64,000 nucleotides of DNA from positions 416,001-480,000 of the forward strand of contig CBDBGZ010000009.1 of the NCBI GenBank assembly GCA_965205425.1, written 5' to 3'. Below, in pieces: positions 41,599-51,349 of this stretch. The notes beneath the pieces were generated by a model. That model did no database searches. It was not told the origin of the DNA and was given only the letters and a program-made list of their open reading frames with translations. The translations under genes and the position numbers were made by a program. Positions within the stretch are counted from its first letter, which is position 1. The number at the start of each line of letters is the position of its first letter. The DNA comes from Nitrosopumilus sp. (lineage in GTDB: Archaea; Thermoproteota; Nitrososphaeria; Nitrososphaerales; Nitrosopumilaceae).

Positions 41599-41837
41599 GA
41601 TAATCTCAAATGCTTTAGATAGTATCACGCCTTGGTGTGTCATGGTATCAAATGAAGTACAATGCATATTTGATGGAGTGACATACTTCCATCAAGCTTT
41701 TTCTATCTGAATAGATTGATTGAATAATTGATAGTTTTTGATCTAAATTGAGTTACTTTCCCATCTACTGAATTATAGTCAAATCTTTCCATCAATTGAT
41801 ATAGAATATGGGACAAGATAAAGGCTCAGTTGTGGTA

Positions 41838-41911
41838 TGGGCCCGAAGGGCTTCGATCCCTTGGCTCACCGGTTATGAGCCGGTTACTCTACCAAGCTGA
41901 GTTACGGGCCC
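41838..41911 (-). tRNA. tRNA(CAT), probably Ile2
   Basis: GGGCCCG acceptor, ACCGG-CTCATAA-CCGGT anticodon arm; lacks initiator features; T-loop reads ATCGAAG. Confidence 0.88.
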
Positions 41912-41952
41912 TAAGCAAAGGAATTTTTTCTCAGGTATAAAATGTTATGAGA

Positions 41953-42585
41953 TTAACAATATTCTTCATAACAACTATCAAGTAACAAATTTTGTGCTGA
42001 AATTGATTTGTCTGCAATTTCAATCAATTTGCCAGAATCAATAGAGGATTTCTCTAGAATATTTCTCCATGATGCTGCATGTCTAATATCAGCTTCAGTA
42101 TGAAGTTCGAAGTATTCTGTAGCTTCATTACTTGTCATTCCATAAAATTCTGCCAATCCATCAAGTTTGGTTTGACTAATTTTAGGAATTTCTTTTTCAA
42201 ATGCATACATGGCACAAGCACCGCCATCAAATGTGTCCATTAATTGATTCAGGTCAGATACTGCTTTTTGGGTTTTAGTTGTTCCTGAATACGAAATTAA
42301 TTCATCCTTAGATATTCCAAGTTCGCCTGCAAAAGCAATCCATGATTTAATATGATCAGATTCTTCTTGTTGGTTTTCAACTAGTTCGCCAATTATAGTA
42401 TCTGATGCTTTTTCAATTATCGGAGTCATAAATGCAGGAACTGCTTTGACAAGTTGAAAATATTCTTTAGAATAACCTGCAAGAGATTCCTGCGTTAATT
42501 TTCCATCAGACCACATTTGGTAGAATGGGTGTTTTAGTAAACTTCTTTCTTCAATCATTTCATCAATTTTTTGTATTATGTTCAT
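41953..42585 (-). CDS. PqqC/TenA/CADD-like heme-oxygenase-fold protein
   Basis: LLKHPFYQMW, EESDH, YAFE and YFELHTEADIRH motifs. Confidence 0.85.
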   Translation of the reverse strand: MNIIQKIDEMIEERSLLKHPFYQMWSDGKLTQESLAGYSKEYFQLVKAVPAFMTPIIEKASDTIIGELVENQQEESDHIKSWIAFAGELGISKDELISYSGTTKTQKAVSDLNQLMDTFDGGACAMYAFEKEIPKISQTKLDGLAEFYGMTSNEATEYFELHTEADIRHAASWRNILEKSSIDSGKLIEIADKSISAQNLLLDSCYEEYC

Positions 42586-42665
42586 AGTTCATCTCCAATA
42601 TTGCCAATAAAAAAATCTTTGTGGGTTACAAAAGATTTTATGATGATAATGCAGAATTTTTATGG

Positions 42666-42744
42666 GTTCCAGTGGTGTAGACCGGTCAAGCATTTTGCCC
42701 TTTCAAGGCAAAGATCCCGGGTTCAAATCCCGGCTGGAGCACCA
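42666..42744 (+). tRNA. tRNA-Glu(TTC)
   Basis: GTTCCAG/CTGGAGC acceptor, TTGCC-CTTTCAA-GGCAA, GGTTCAAATCC and encoded ACCA. Confidence 0.93.
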
Positions 42745-42771
42745 AGATTTATTTACTTATGGTAAAGTTTT

Positions 42772-43638
42772 TTGAACAGGCTCATCTTGGACAGGAAAAA
42801 TATCGAGATAAATCCTCTACTTGAAACCTATGGTAAATACATTGAACGTATTGATCAAGCTTTAGAAAATGAACTAAGTATCTATTCAGAATCAGAGTTC
42901 ATTGAACCTCTAAAATATTCTCTAGAGGGAGGAAAACGAATTAGGCCTATAATTTTGAATCTAGCAGCAGAGAGTGTAGGTAAAATTGATGAAAATGTAC
43001 TTTCAGCTTCATGTGCAGTTGAATTTCTCCACATGGAATCAATAATTCATGATGATATTATTGATAATGAAACAATGAGAAGACAAAAGGAACCATTCCA
43101 CATCAAATATGGATACAATACAAGTGTACTAACTGGAGATTTTGTTTTAGGATTAATTCTTGCAATATCATCTAGACTAGATAATGCTAGAATTACAAAA
43201 GATTTGGCTACTACTGCCATGCTAATGAGTGAAGGAGAAATGATTGAAGGTAGATTAGAAACAGGTGAGGATGTAACATTTGATGATTATCTAAAAGTAA
43301 TTGAATACAAAACAGCAGTAGCATTTCAAGTTGCAGCAAGAATAGGTGCAATTATTGCAAATGGAACTGAAGAACAAATTGAAGCTTTAACTGAATATGG
43401 AAAAAATCTTGGAATCGCATATCAAATTAGAGATGATTTACTTGATTGGAAAAATGAAGACAAACTGTTTAATTTGTTAATCAAGAAAAGTTCGGATCCA
43501 AGAGATGTCTTTAACAAAATGGAAGAAATGTTAAAAGAATACTCAGAAAAAGCAAGAATAGGATTGAGAAAAATTCCAGATAGTGATGCAAAAATAAATT
43601 TAGATAATTTAATTAAATTTACTTCGTTTAAGGCATAA
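42772..43638 (+). CDS. Polyprenyl diphosphate synthase (GGPP synthase family)
   Basis: GGKRIRP, HDDIID..RR, YKTA and YQIRDDLLD motifs. Confidence 0.92.
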   Translation: MNRLILDRKNIEINPLLETYGKYIERIDQALENELSIYSESEFIEPLKYSLEGGKRIRPIILNLAAESVGKIDENVLSASCAVEFLHMESIIHDDIIDNETMRRQKEPFHIKYGYNTSVLTGDFVLGLILAISSRLDNARITKDLATTAMLMSEGEMIEGRLETGEDVTFDDYLKVIEYKTAVAFQVAARIGAIIANGTEEQIEALTEYGKNLGIAYQIRDDLLDWKNEDKLFNLLIKKSSDPRDVFNKMEEMLKEYSEKARIGLRKIPDSDAKINLDNLIKFTSFKA

Positions 43639-45112
43639 GACCTAAACTAATTACGGGAGTTGCAAACTCTACAAATTTGAGTAATGGTTCTGGATATACA
43701 CCGAATCCTACTAAGAATATAGTTGAGAAGATCATTACAGCGATAATAGATTTTGGTTCTACAACTCTCTTTTCTGTTTCTCCTTCAAAGTACATCTTTC
43801 GTGTAATCCAACCATAGTAAGCAAGTGATAAAGCACTGTTAAGAACACCAGCAATTGCAAGCCATGGTGCCCACCATAAAGCAGAACTAGCATCCAAAGC
43901 ACTTCCAAATAACATCAATTTACTCCAAAATCCTGAAAGTGGGGGAACTCCTGCGAGTGCAAATAGAGCAATAATCATACCTAAAGCAGTTATTGGCATT
44001 CTTCTTCCAAGTCCTTTTAGTTTGTCAATGTGAGTAACTCCAAGTGTTGTAACGATACCTGCAATTGCAATAAAGGCAGCACCTTTCATTACTGCATGAT
44101 TCATAATTTGATACAAAGAACCTTGTAATCCAAGAGAACTATGTGGAGATACTGCAAGTCCAATCAAAATGTATCCGGCATGAGCGATACTAGAATATGC
44201 CAACATTCTTGAAATGCTCTTTTGCATAATTGCTGCAACATTTCCTATTGTCATAGTCATTACTGCAATAATACCAAGAGCTAAAGTCCAATCAAGATTT
44301 AGAACCACCATACCAAGAACTACAATTCTAATTGTTGCAGCAAATCCTGCTTTCTTTGTTGCAGCAGCTAATAGTGCAGTGATAGGAGATGGAGCGCCTT
44401 CATATGTATCTGGTAGCCACTGATGGAATGGAATAAGTCCCATTTTAAATCCAAATCCTGCAATAAACATTCCAACTGAAAGTAATGCAAGAGGCAACAT
44501 GGAAGGATCAAGTGTAGAATATCCTTGAATTACTTCTCCAATATTTGTAGAACCAGTTAATCCATAAGAAATTGAAATTCCGTAAACTATGATTGCAGAA
44601 GATAACGCACCAAAGAGGAAATATTTTAGAGCAGCTTCGTTTGAGCTTGGATTCTTTTTCATGTAACCAACCAAAATGTATGTTGGAATACTCATGAGTT
44701 CCCATGCAACAAATAACATTATCAAATCTGTAGAATATGCAACTAGAACCATACCAATTGTTGCAAGTAAAATTAGTGAATAGTAAACTGCAGGAGAATT
44801 GTGTTTTCGCATATAGTTGAAAGAGCCAACAGTTGTGAAAACAGCAACAATCAACATTGCAATTGCGAAGAAGCCTCCAAATGCATCATCTACAATTACA
44901 TCTTCAGAAAATAGAGCAGATGAAACAACATTCTCATTGATGAATTGGTATCCAACATATCCCATAGATACAATTAATGCAGCAAATGCAATGACGGCAT
45001 AAAATGAGTTTGAGCCTTGTTCTTTTCTTACAATGCTAATAATTGGAAGAAGAATACCAACGGTACCTAAGATTGCAATTATTATCAAGGGAGTGGAAGT
45101 AATTTCGATCAT
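43628..45112 (-). CDS. nuoN: NADH-quinone oxidoreductase subunit N
   Basis: EAALKYF, FKMGLIPFHQWLPDTYEGAP and RMLAYSSIAHAGY motifs. Confidence 0.93.
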   Translation of the reverse strand: MIEITSTPLIIIAILGTVGILLPIISIVRKEQGSNSFYAVIAFAALIVSMGYVGYQFINENVVSSALFSEDVIVDDAFGGFFAIAMLIVAVFTTVGSFNYMRKHNSPAVYYSLILLATIGMVLVAYSTDLIMLFVAWELMSIPTYILVGYMKKNPSSNEAALKYFLFGALSSAIIVYGISISYGLTGSTNIGEVIQGYSTLDPSMLPLALLSVGMFIAGFGFKMGLIPFHQWLPDTYEGAPSPITALLAAATKKAGFAATIRIVVLGMVVLNLDWTLALGIIAVMTMTIGNVAAIMQKSISRMLAYSSIAHAGYILIGLAVSPHSSLGLQGSLYQIMNHAVMKGAAFIAIAGIVTTLGVTHIDKLKGLGRRMPITALGMIIALFALAGVPPLSGFWSKLMLFGSALDASSALWWAPWLAIAGVLNSALSLAYYGWITRKMYFEGETEKRVVEPKSIIAVMIFSTIFLVGFGVYPEPLLKFVEFATPVISLGLMP

Positions 45113-45124
45113 TTCATAATTCTC

Positions 45125-47203
45125 CTATATCAACAATATCAGAACTACGAATAGTAGTCCTGCTCCAAATACGAATAGATATGATTGTGAAACACCAGTT
45201 TGAGTTCCTTGAACAACTTTGGCACTCCATCCAACTGCTTTTTGGACTCCAGCATTCATACCGTAATCGATAGCTGTCTTTTCAAAGTATCGGAATACAC
45301 CTCTTGCTAACCATAATGGTGCTACAACAAAGCACCAGTAGATTATTGCATTGAGATACCATCTGTTTAAGATAACTTTGTGAATTGAATAAAATACAAT
45401 GTTTGAATTTACAAATTTGACTGGATCAACCCATCTTCCAATATAGAAGATATAACCAAGACCAATACCAGTAGCAAATGCCACTAATGATGAACCAAGT
45501 GCAACTGGATTAAGTCCTTGCAAGAATCCTGGTAATATTGATGCTTCATCTGTTGCATGTTCAGAGTGAATACCAAATGAGTGTTCAAGATAATCATTAA
45601 ACACATGATGTAGTCCTTCTTCTGCAGATAATCCAATAAGACCAATACCAATTGTAAGAACTGCAAGAATTCCATATGGAACCCACATGGATAATGATGC
45701 TTCATGAATATGATGTCCTTCTTCTTCCATCTTTTCGATATGTTTACTCTTCTTTCCAAAGAAGACCATTCCAATCATTCTGGTTGTATAAAATGCCGTG
45801 ATAACTGCAGTTAGTACAGCGATAATGTATAGTGGCATTGTCCATTCATTTCCAGATTCATAGACTGCAGCAAAGATTGCATCCTTACTCCAAAAACCTG
45901 TTGTGATAAATGGAGCACCCATCAAGCCAAGACCTGCAGCCCACATGAATGCATAAGTTTTCTTCATTTGTTTTCTCAAACCTCCCATATCTGTCATGAA
46001 TCTAGAGCCAACAATATGCAATAGAGAACCTGCTGCCATGAACAGTGATGCTTTGAACATTGCGTGAGAAATTAAATGGAAAAATCCTGCAGTATAACCA
46101 TCAACGTATTGATGAGATAATCCTGCAACACCTAATGCCATCATCATGTAACCAATTTGAGAACCAGTAGAATATGCAAGAACTTTCTTAATTTCAGGAT
46201 TAACCATACCTTGTGTTGCAAGTAATAATGCGGTAATTGCACCAACCCAAGCAATAATTTCAAAGAATTGGTCGGCCATTATTCCGGCAGCACCTAATGC
46301 AAATACAAGGGGACCAATTCTTGCAACCAAGAATACCCCTGCTTTGACCATTGTTGCTGCGTGAATCAAAGCAGATACTGCAGTAGGGCCAGTCATTGCT
46401 TCTAAGAGCCATTCGTTAAGCGGGAATTGAGCTGACTTTCCTATAGCTCCTCCAAATAGTAAAACAAATGCAGGAACTAATAGTCCCTCAGCTTGCATTG
46501 CAATCGCCCAATCAGTAGAACCCATTAATTCTTTAAATCCAAATGTACCTGCAAACAAGAATATCAAAAGCATACCTGCAATCATCATTACATCACCAAC
46601 TTTGGTCATGATGAATGCCTTCATACCGGCGTGTGTTGGTGCATAGTAATCTAACATACCAAGAACAGTTCTACCTTCTACACCAACATGATCTTTCTTT
46701 TTATCACGATACCAAAAGCTGATCAAAGCATAAGACGCAAGTCCCACACCTTCCCATCCAAAGAATACTTGTAACAAGTTATCAGATAATACGATTAATT
46801 GCATAGAACCAATAAAGAACATCATCCAAAACCAGAATCTTGTAATGTCTTTGTCACCTTTCATGTAACCAGTACTGTAAATCATAATCAAGAATGAAAT
46901 CCAGCCAACTACATTTGCCATTATAATTGAAAGAGGATCTGCTAATACACCGCCTTTAAGACCAAGTGCTTCTATCCACATAATTTGATGATGCATTTCG
47001 TGTGCTTCTAGAGCCACAGGAATCATTGTTGCTGCAGATAATGCACTCATTAAAGCAAAAGCGACTGCGACATATCCGGTTGCATGTTTTGATAATTTCC
47101 CTACGCCAGGAATAATCATTGCTGCTGCAAATGGTAAAATCCAAACTAACCATGCACTAAGAGTTCCAACTTCAAATGGTAATCCAAAAGCTTCTGTTGC
47201 CAT
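45125..47203 (-). CDS. nuoL: NADH-quinone oxidoreductase subunit L
   Basis: GKSAQFPL, AMTGPTAVSALIHAATMVKAG and HAMFKA motifs. Confidence 0.95.
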   Translation of the reverse strand: MATEAFGLPFEVGTLSAWLVWILPFAAAMIIPGVGKLSKHATGYVAVAFALMSALSAATMIPVALEAHEMHHQIMWIEALGLKGGVLADPLSIIMANVVGWISFLIMIYSTGYMKGDKDITRFWFWMMFFIGSMQLIVLSDNLLQVFFGWEGVGLASYALISFWYRDKKKDHVGVEGRTVLGMLDYYAPTHAGMKAFIMTKVGDVMMIAGMLLIFLFAGTFGFKELMGSTDWAIAMQAEGLLVPAFVLLFGGAIGKSAQFPLNEWLLEAMTGPTAVSALIHAATMVKAGVFLVARIGPLVFALGAAGIMADQFFEIIAWVGAITALLLATQGMVNPEIKKVLAYSTGSQIGYMMMALGVAGLSHQYVDGYTAGFFHLISHAMFKASLFMAAGSLLHIVGSRFMTDMGGLRKQMKKTYAFMWAAGLGLMGAPFITTGFWSKDAIFAAVYESGNEWTMPLYIIAVLTAVITAFYTTRMIGMVFFGKKSKHIEKMEEEGHHIHEASLSMWVPYGILAVLTIGIGLIGLSAEEGLHHVFNDYLEHSFGIHSEHATDEASILPGFLQGLNPVALGSSLVAFATGIGLGYIFYIGRWVDPVKFVNSNIVFYSIHKVILNRWYLNAIIYWCFVVAPLWLARGVFRYFEKTAIDYGMNAGVQKAVGWSAKVVQGTQTGVSQSYLFVFGAGLLFVVLILLI

Positions 47204-47206
47204 AAT

Positions 47207-48760
47207 CTAAACTCCCAATACCCCACTCATGTACGGAATGATTGTCTTCAAGAAAATATCTGGATAAATACCAACTACAATTGAGAATCCTGCCAATACC
47301 ATCATTGGTGCTGTCATGTACCAACTTCCTTCCTTCACTTTTTCAAGATGTTCAGGGGTTTTTCCAAAGAATACACGTTTTAGCATCCAAAGCATGTAAG
47401 ACATTGTAAGTGCAGTTGCAACAAGACCTAAACCAAATGTTACAGCCCTTAGCGTTGAACCTTCTTCAATTGCAGTCTCTAAAGCACCAAAGAAGAGAGG
47501 CCATTCACCCATGAAACCACCAGTTGGTGGAACTCCCATGATTGTTAATGCACCAATTACTGCACATACTGCAGTTATTGGCATCTTTCCTGCCAATCCA
47601 CCTAGTTTTGAAATACTTCTAGTACCTACTTTAACGATAATAATTCCTGCCATCATGAAGAGAATACCTTTTCCAATTGCGTGTGTTACATACATCATCT
47701 CTGCACCAGCAAGACCAAGTACGGAAATTGAACCAATACCAAATAGAATGTAACCCATTTGACTGATACTAGAATAAGCAAGTAATCGTTTTAGATCATC
47801 TTGCATCAATGCCATGGCACCACCATAAATCATCGTAACAAGACCCCAGATGTGTAGCCAGATTGAAAGTTCTGCAAATGTTAATGGTAAAAATTCTACA
47901 ATTAATCTGAAAACACCATAAGCTCCAATTCCGATCATTGTTGGAGATAATAGTGCACTGATTGGTGTTGGTGCTGAACCGTGGACATATGGAAGCCAAA
48001 CGTGGAACATAAAGACTGCCAATTTAACTCCGAGTCCTATTGTAATTGCAACTGCAGAATACATTGCAATATCTGCAGGAATTTCAGATTCTCGGATATC
48101 TGCAAAGTCAAAACTACCAAGTGTTAGACCAATCATCAAAAAGCCCAATAGTAAAACTACTGCACCTGCATGAGTCCAAAACAAGAACATTAAACCAATC
48201 TTTCTTCTAGGACCATCACCCCAAAGTGCTACCAAAAAGAAACCTGGAATTAACATGACTTCGAAGAAAATGTAAAACTCAATTAGATTAGTTGAAAGAA
48301 CTGTTCCAAGCATACCCATTGCAAAGACAAGGAATAGTGCAAAGTAAAGTCCGGATTTTGCATTTACATAATTTGTAAGAGAAGATGATTCGATTACAGA
48401 AGACTGACCACCACTGGATGTATTGATTTTTTGCTCTTCTTCAAATTGCTCATGGAATTTATGAATCATGTATGGTTTTGAGTAAATTGCCAAGATTGTA
48501 GATAAGACATAAATCATTATTGCAAATGGTGATGCCAATCCATCTAACAAGAAACCAAATTCGCCAAACTGTTCAGTCCATGGATAATGTTCCTCTACGG
48601 TTCCAGATAGTGCTGCATTGATTACAAGTATGGTGGTATACAATAGAATTGCAAATGTAAACCACATTGCAGGAGTTGGTCCTACTTTTCTTCCAATAAT
48701 GTAAGCTACTGGTGATAAAAGTAAGGGCAAGAAAACTGCCTGTAATAATGCATATTCCAT
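47207..48760 (-). CDS. nuoM: NADH-quinone oxidoreductase subunit M
   Basis: FYIFFE, HVWLPYVHGSAPTP and DLKRLLAYSSISQMG motifs. Confidence 0.92.
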   Translation of the reverse strand: MEYALLQAVFLPLLLSPVAYIIGRKVGPTPAMWFTFAILLYTTILVINAALSGTVEEHYPWTEQFGEFGFLLDGLASPFAIMIYVLSTILAIYSKPYMIHKFHEQFEEEQKINTSSGGQSSVIESSSLTNYVNAKSGLYFALFLVFAMGMLGTVLSTNLIEFYIFFEVMLIPGFFLVALWGDGPRRKIGLMFLFWTHAGAVVLLLGFLMIGLTLGSFDFADIRESEIPADIAMYSAVAITIGLGVKLAVFMFHVWLPYVHGSAPTPISALLSPTMIGIGAYGVFRLIVEFLPLTFAELSIWLHIWGLVTMIYGGAMALMQDDLKRLLAYSSISQMGYILFGIGSISVLGLAGAEMMYVTHAIGKGILFMMAGIIIVKVGTRSISKLGGLAGKMPITAVCAVIGALTIMGVPPTGGFMGEWPLFFGALETAIEEGSTLRAVTFGLGLVATALTMSYMLWMLKRVFFGKTPEHLEKVKEGSWYMTAPMMVLAGFSIVVGIYPDIFLKTIIPYMSGVLGV

Positions 48761-49065
48761 TATCCCTTCAAGCTCCTGAAGTCTGCAATATCGACATTTT
48801 GATACATACGGTATGCTACAATGATTAATGATAGTCCAACTGCAACCTCTGCTGCTGCAATTGCAATTGAGAATAATGCCATACTTTGACCACCACTGTG
48901 GGGTAAGAATCTACCAAAGGCAACGATGTTCAAGTTTGCTGCATTAATAATAATTTCAACTGCAAATAACATTCTGATAAAATTACGTTTAACTGCAAGA
49001 CCATAGATTCCTATGCCGAGTAAGGCAACAGATACTAAAGTAAAATCAATTAGCTCGCTGGTCAT
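48760..49065 (-). CDS. nuoK: NADH-quinone oxidoreductase subunit K
   Basis: EIIINAANL and AAAEVAVGL motifs; start MTSEL. Confidence 0.92.
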   Translation of the reverse strand: MTSELIDFTLVSVALLGIGIYGLAVKRNFIRMLFAVEIIINAANLNIVAFGRFLPHSGGQSMALFSIAIAAAEVAVGLSLIIVAYRMYQNVDIADFRSLKG

Positions 49066-49558
49066 TCTCCACATCCTCACGTTTAGCTAAAACTAGTGCT
49101 CCAGTAACAGATCCTGCCAACAATAATCCCATCAGAATTAATGCAGGCCAATAATAGGTTACAAAGTCAACACCTATGTCTTTAAAGTCAGTAGCAGATT
49201 CATCAGTAGTTATTGTTTTGATACCAGAATCTAAGAATACTGCACCTAATGACATCATAATAACAAGCATCAAACCAATGCCTGCAAATTTTCTTCTCTT
49301 GTCTTCAATTTTTTTGAAGATCAATTCTCTCTTTACCAACATTACAGTAAACAAAATCAATACAGCAATAGAACCAACATAAACTGCTATTTGGAATAAT
49401 GCAACAAATGGTGCATCAAGCAAGAAAAAGAATCCTGCAATTCCACCCAAGGTTCCCATTAAAGCAATAGAACCATAAATCAATGATCTCATTTCAAGTG
49501 CTGCAATAGCAGAACCAATTGTAATTACTGCCAAGGCAAGAAACGCAGCATCAGCCAT
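49046..49558 (-). CDS. nuoJ: NADH-quinone oxidoreductase subunit J
   Basis: APFVALFQIAVYVGSIAVL; start MADAA. Confidence 0.92.
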   Translation of the reverse strand: MADAAFLALAVITIGSAIAALEMRSLIYGSIALMGTLGGIAGFFFLLDAPFVALFQIAVYVGSIAVLILFTVMLVKRELIFKKIEDKRRKFAGIGLMLVIMMSLGAVFLDSGIKTITTDESATDFKDIGVDFVTYYWPALILMGLLLAGSVTGALVLAKREDVENDQRAN

Positions 49559-50048
49559 GAGTTGCACCTCTATCAGATATTTGGATTTCACTATCCTGTG
49601 CAACGTATGGTTTTACCTGAAGTTGTGCAGGAGTGTAAATCAAACCTTCTTTTGAAAAGGAAGATAATTCATAATCATTTGTCATGTAAAGTGCATAGAA
49701 TGGACATGCATCAACACAGAGACCACAGAAAACACATTTTCCATAATCAATTTGTGGCATGATTGACTTTTTATTTTGTTTTTGTTCTTCTGGAACTTTT
49801 ACCATTGCTATTGCTTCTGCAACACCTTCACAGGCAATAGAACATAATTGACAACCAGTACAATGATCATGAAATAACATATGACGTCCTTTTAATCCAG
49901 CAATACCAACACCGGTGGATGGATCAAATTGATATCCGTCACCTACAAACTTTAGTTTCTCTTCAGGATAACGAAGTGTAAATCGTTTAGTAGCAATATG
50001 TTTAATTCCTGAATTTAATGCGCGAATAATACCAGTTGCAGTTCCCAT
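49551..50048 (-). CDS. nuoI: NADH-quinone oxidoreductase subunit I
   Basis: TLRYPEE and two CxxCxxCxxxC motifs. Confidence 0.93.
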   Translation of the reverse strand: MGTATGIIRALNSGIKHIATKRFTLRYPEEKLKFVGDGYQFDPSTGVGIAGLKGRHMLFHDHCTGCQLCSIACEGVAEAIAMVKVPEEQKQNKKSIMPQIDYGKCVFCGLCVDACPFYALYMTNDYELSSFSKEGLIYTPAQLQVKPYVAQDSEIQISDRGATHG

Positions 50049-51349
50049 TATTGTAATCCTCCTGGTCCTAGCACTCCAGCGTAAAGCAAGCCCAGTGCAA
50101 TAAAGATGTTAACGAAAGCTAGTCCAATTAATTTGGTCCATCCAAGATTCAATAACATATCAACTCTAATTCTAGGGAAAACACCTCTTGGCAATAATAT
50201 GAAGAATATTACAGCGACAGTTTTCAATACAAACCAAAGTGTGCCATTAAGCATTTCTTGATCAAATAATGGTAATCCAAGGAACGGTCCTGCAACTATA
50301 GGACCCATTTCAATTCCTTCGGTAAGAAGTTCTGCTGGGAATGGAGGTACAACCATAGGACCATTCCAACCACCAAGGAAAATAACAACAAACAACCCTG
50401 CAAACGCATAAAGTTTGAGATAAGTTCCTAATTGAACAAGTCCATACATCATTCCAGATAATTCAGTTAACCATCCTGCTACGATTTCACTCTCTGCTTC
50501 AGGTAAATCAAATGGAATTCTTTCCAGTTCTGCAAGCATAGTAATGAAAAATACAATTGCGCCAATTGGTAAAAATACAATCCATGGGAAACTTGATTGG
50601 CTTGCTGCAATTTCAGATAAATTAAGAGAGCCAGTTAACATTACAGCGCCCAACAAAGACAAAATTAATGGAATTTCAAATGAAACCATTTGGAATAATG
50701 CTCTGATACCACCAATGAATGGGAATTTGCTGTTTGCAGACCATGCAGAAAGAATTGTGATAATTGGGAAGAAACCAATTACAGCAAAGACACCAAGTAA
50801 TCCCATTTCTACATCTGCAACAACCCAACCAGGAGCTACAGGAATAAACGCGACAAATGCCGCTGCAGTTGCAACAAACAATACTGGAGCCGCCCAGAAA
50901 ATAGGTTTGTCAGCTTTTGCTGGAATAATAATTTCTTTTGAGATTAGTTTTAGACCATCACCCATTAATTGCAAAATACCTTCAAACTTTCCACAGTAGA
51001 AAGGACCAACTCTAAGTTGTAATTTTGCAAGCATCTTTCTTTCAACAAAGATTGTAGCTGCTGCTAGTAATGCTGCAAATCCAAATCCTGGAAATGCCAT
51101 TACTCTAAAAATGTCAGTGGACATGAATGCTTTAACAACAGGAAGAATACGTGTAGGATCTGCCATCCAAGTAAATGCAAGGAACGGTGTCAGTAGTTCT
51201 CCATCGATTACTGGCATTTCAATTGCAAATAGAATCATCATAACTGCTGGAAGTCCAATCAAAACTAGAATCAGAATAATCCAAAATACATTATCAAGTA
51301 ATGATTTGATAAATTCACTTAGTTTGAATTGTGGTGCAATAACTGACAT
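50048..51349 (-). CDS. nuoH: NADH-quinone oxidoreductase subunit H
   Basis: ERKMLAKLQLRVGP and ERIPFDLPEAESE motifs. Confidence 0.95.
   Translation of the reverse strand: MSVIAPQFKLSEFIKSLLDNVFWIILILVLIGLPAVMMILFAIEMPVIDGELLTPFLAFTWMADPTRILPVVKAFMSTDIFRVMAFPGFGFAALLAAATIFVERKMLAKLQLRVGPFYCGKFEGILQLMGDGLKLISKEIIIPAKADKPIFWAAPVLFVATAAAFVAFIPVAPGWVVADVEMGLLGVFAVIGFFPIITILSAWSANSKFPFIGGIRALFQMVSFEIPLILSLLGAVMLTGSLNLSEIAASQSSFPWIVFLPIGAIVFFITMLAELERIPFDLPEAESEIVAGWLTELSGMMYGLVQLGTYLKLYAFAGLFVVIFLGGWNGPMVVPPFPAELLTEGIEMGPIVAGPFLGLPLFDQEMLNGTLWFVLKTVAVIFFILLPRGVFPRIRVDMLLNLGWTKLIGLAFVNIFIALGLLYAGVLGPGGLQ

Larger units (their letters stand above)
38268..41770 (-). mobile_element. ISH3-family element copy 3 carrying two nested IS
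   Basis: TIRs at 38268-38284 and 41754-41770; transposase remnant 39435-40571 plus its 5' end beyond 41599; no TSD. Confidence 0.9.
31652..41851. mobile_element. Genomic island integrated at the tRNA(CAT) 3' end
   Basis: 15-bp direct repeat ATGGGCCCGAAGGGC at 31652-31666 and 41837-41851, the latter being the tRNA 3' end. Confidence 0.8.

Noticed and set aside
17549..41770. Gene conversion among ISH3 copies
   Set aside because: The shared differences I noticed are equally explained by private mutations in each copy
42571..42765. 64-aa ORF
   Set aside because: It runs through tRNA-Glu; spurious
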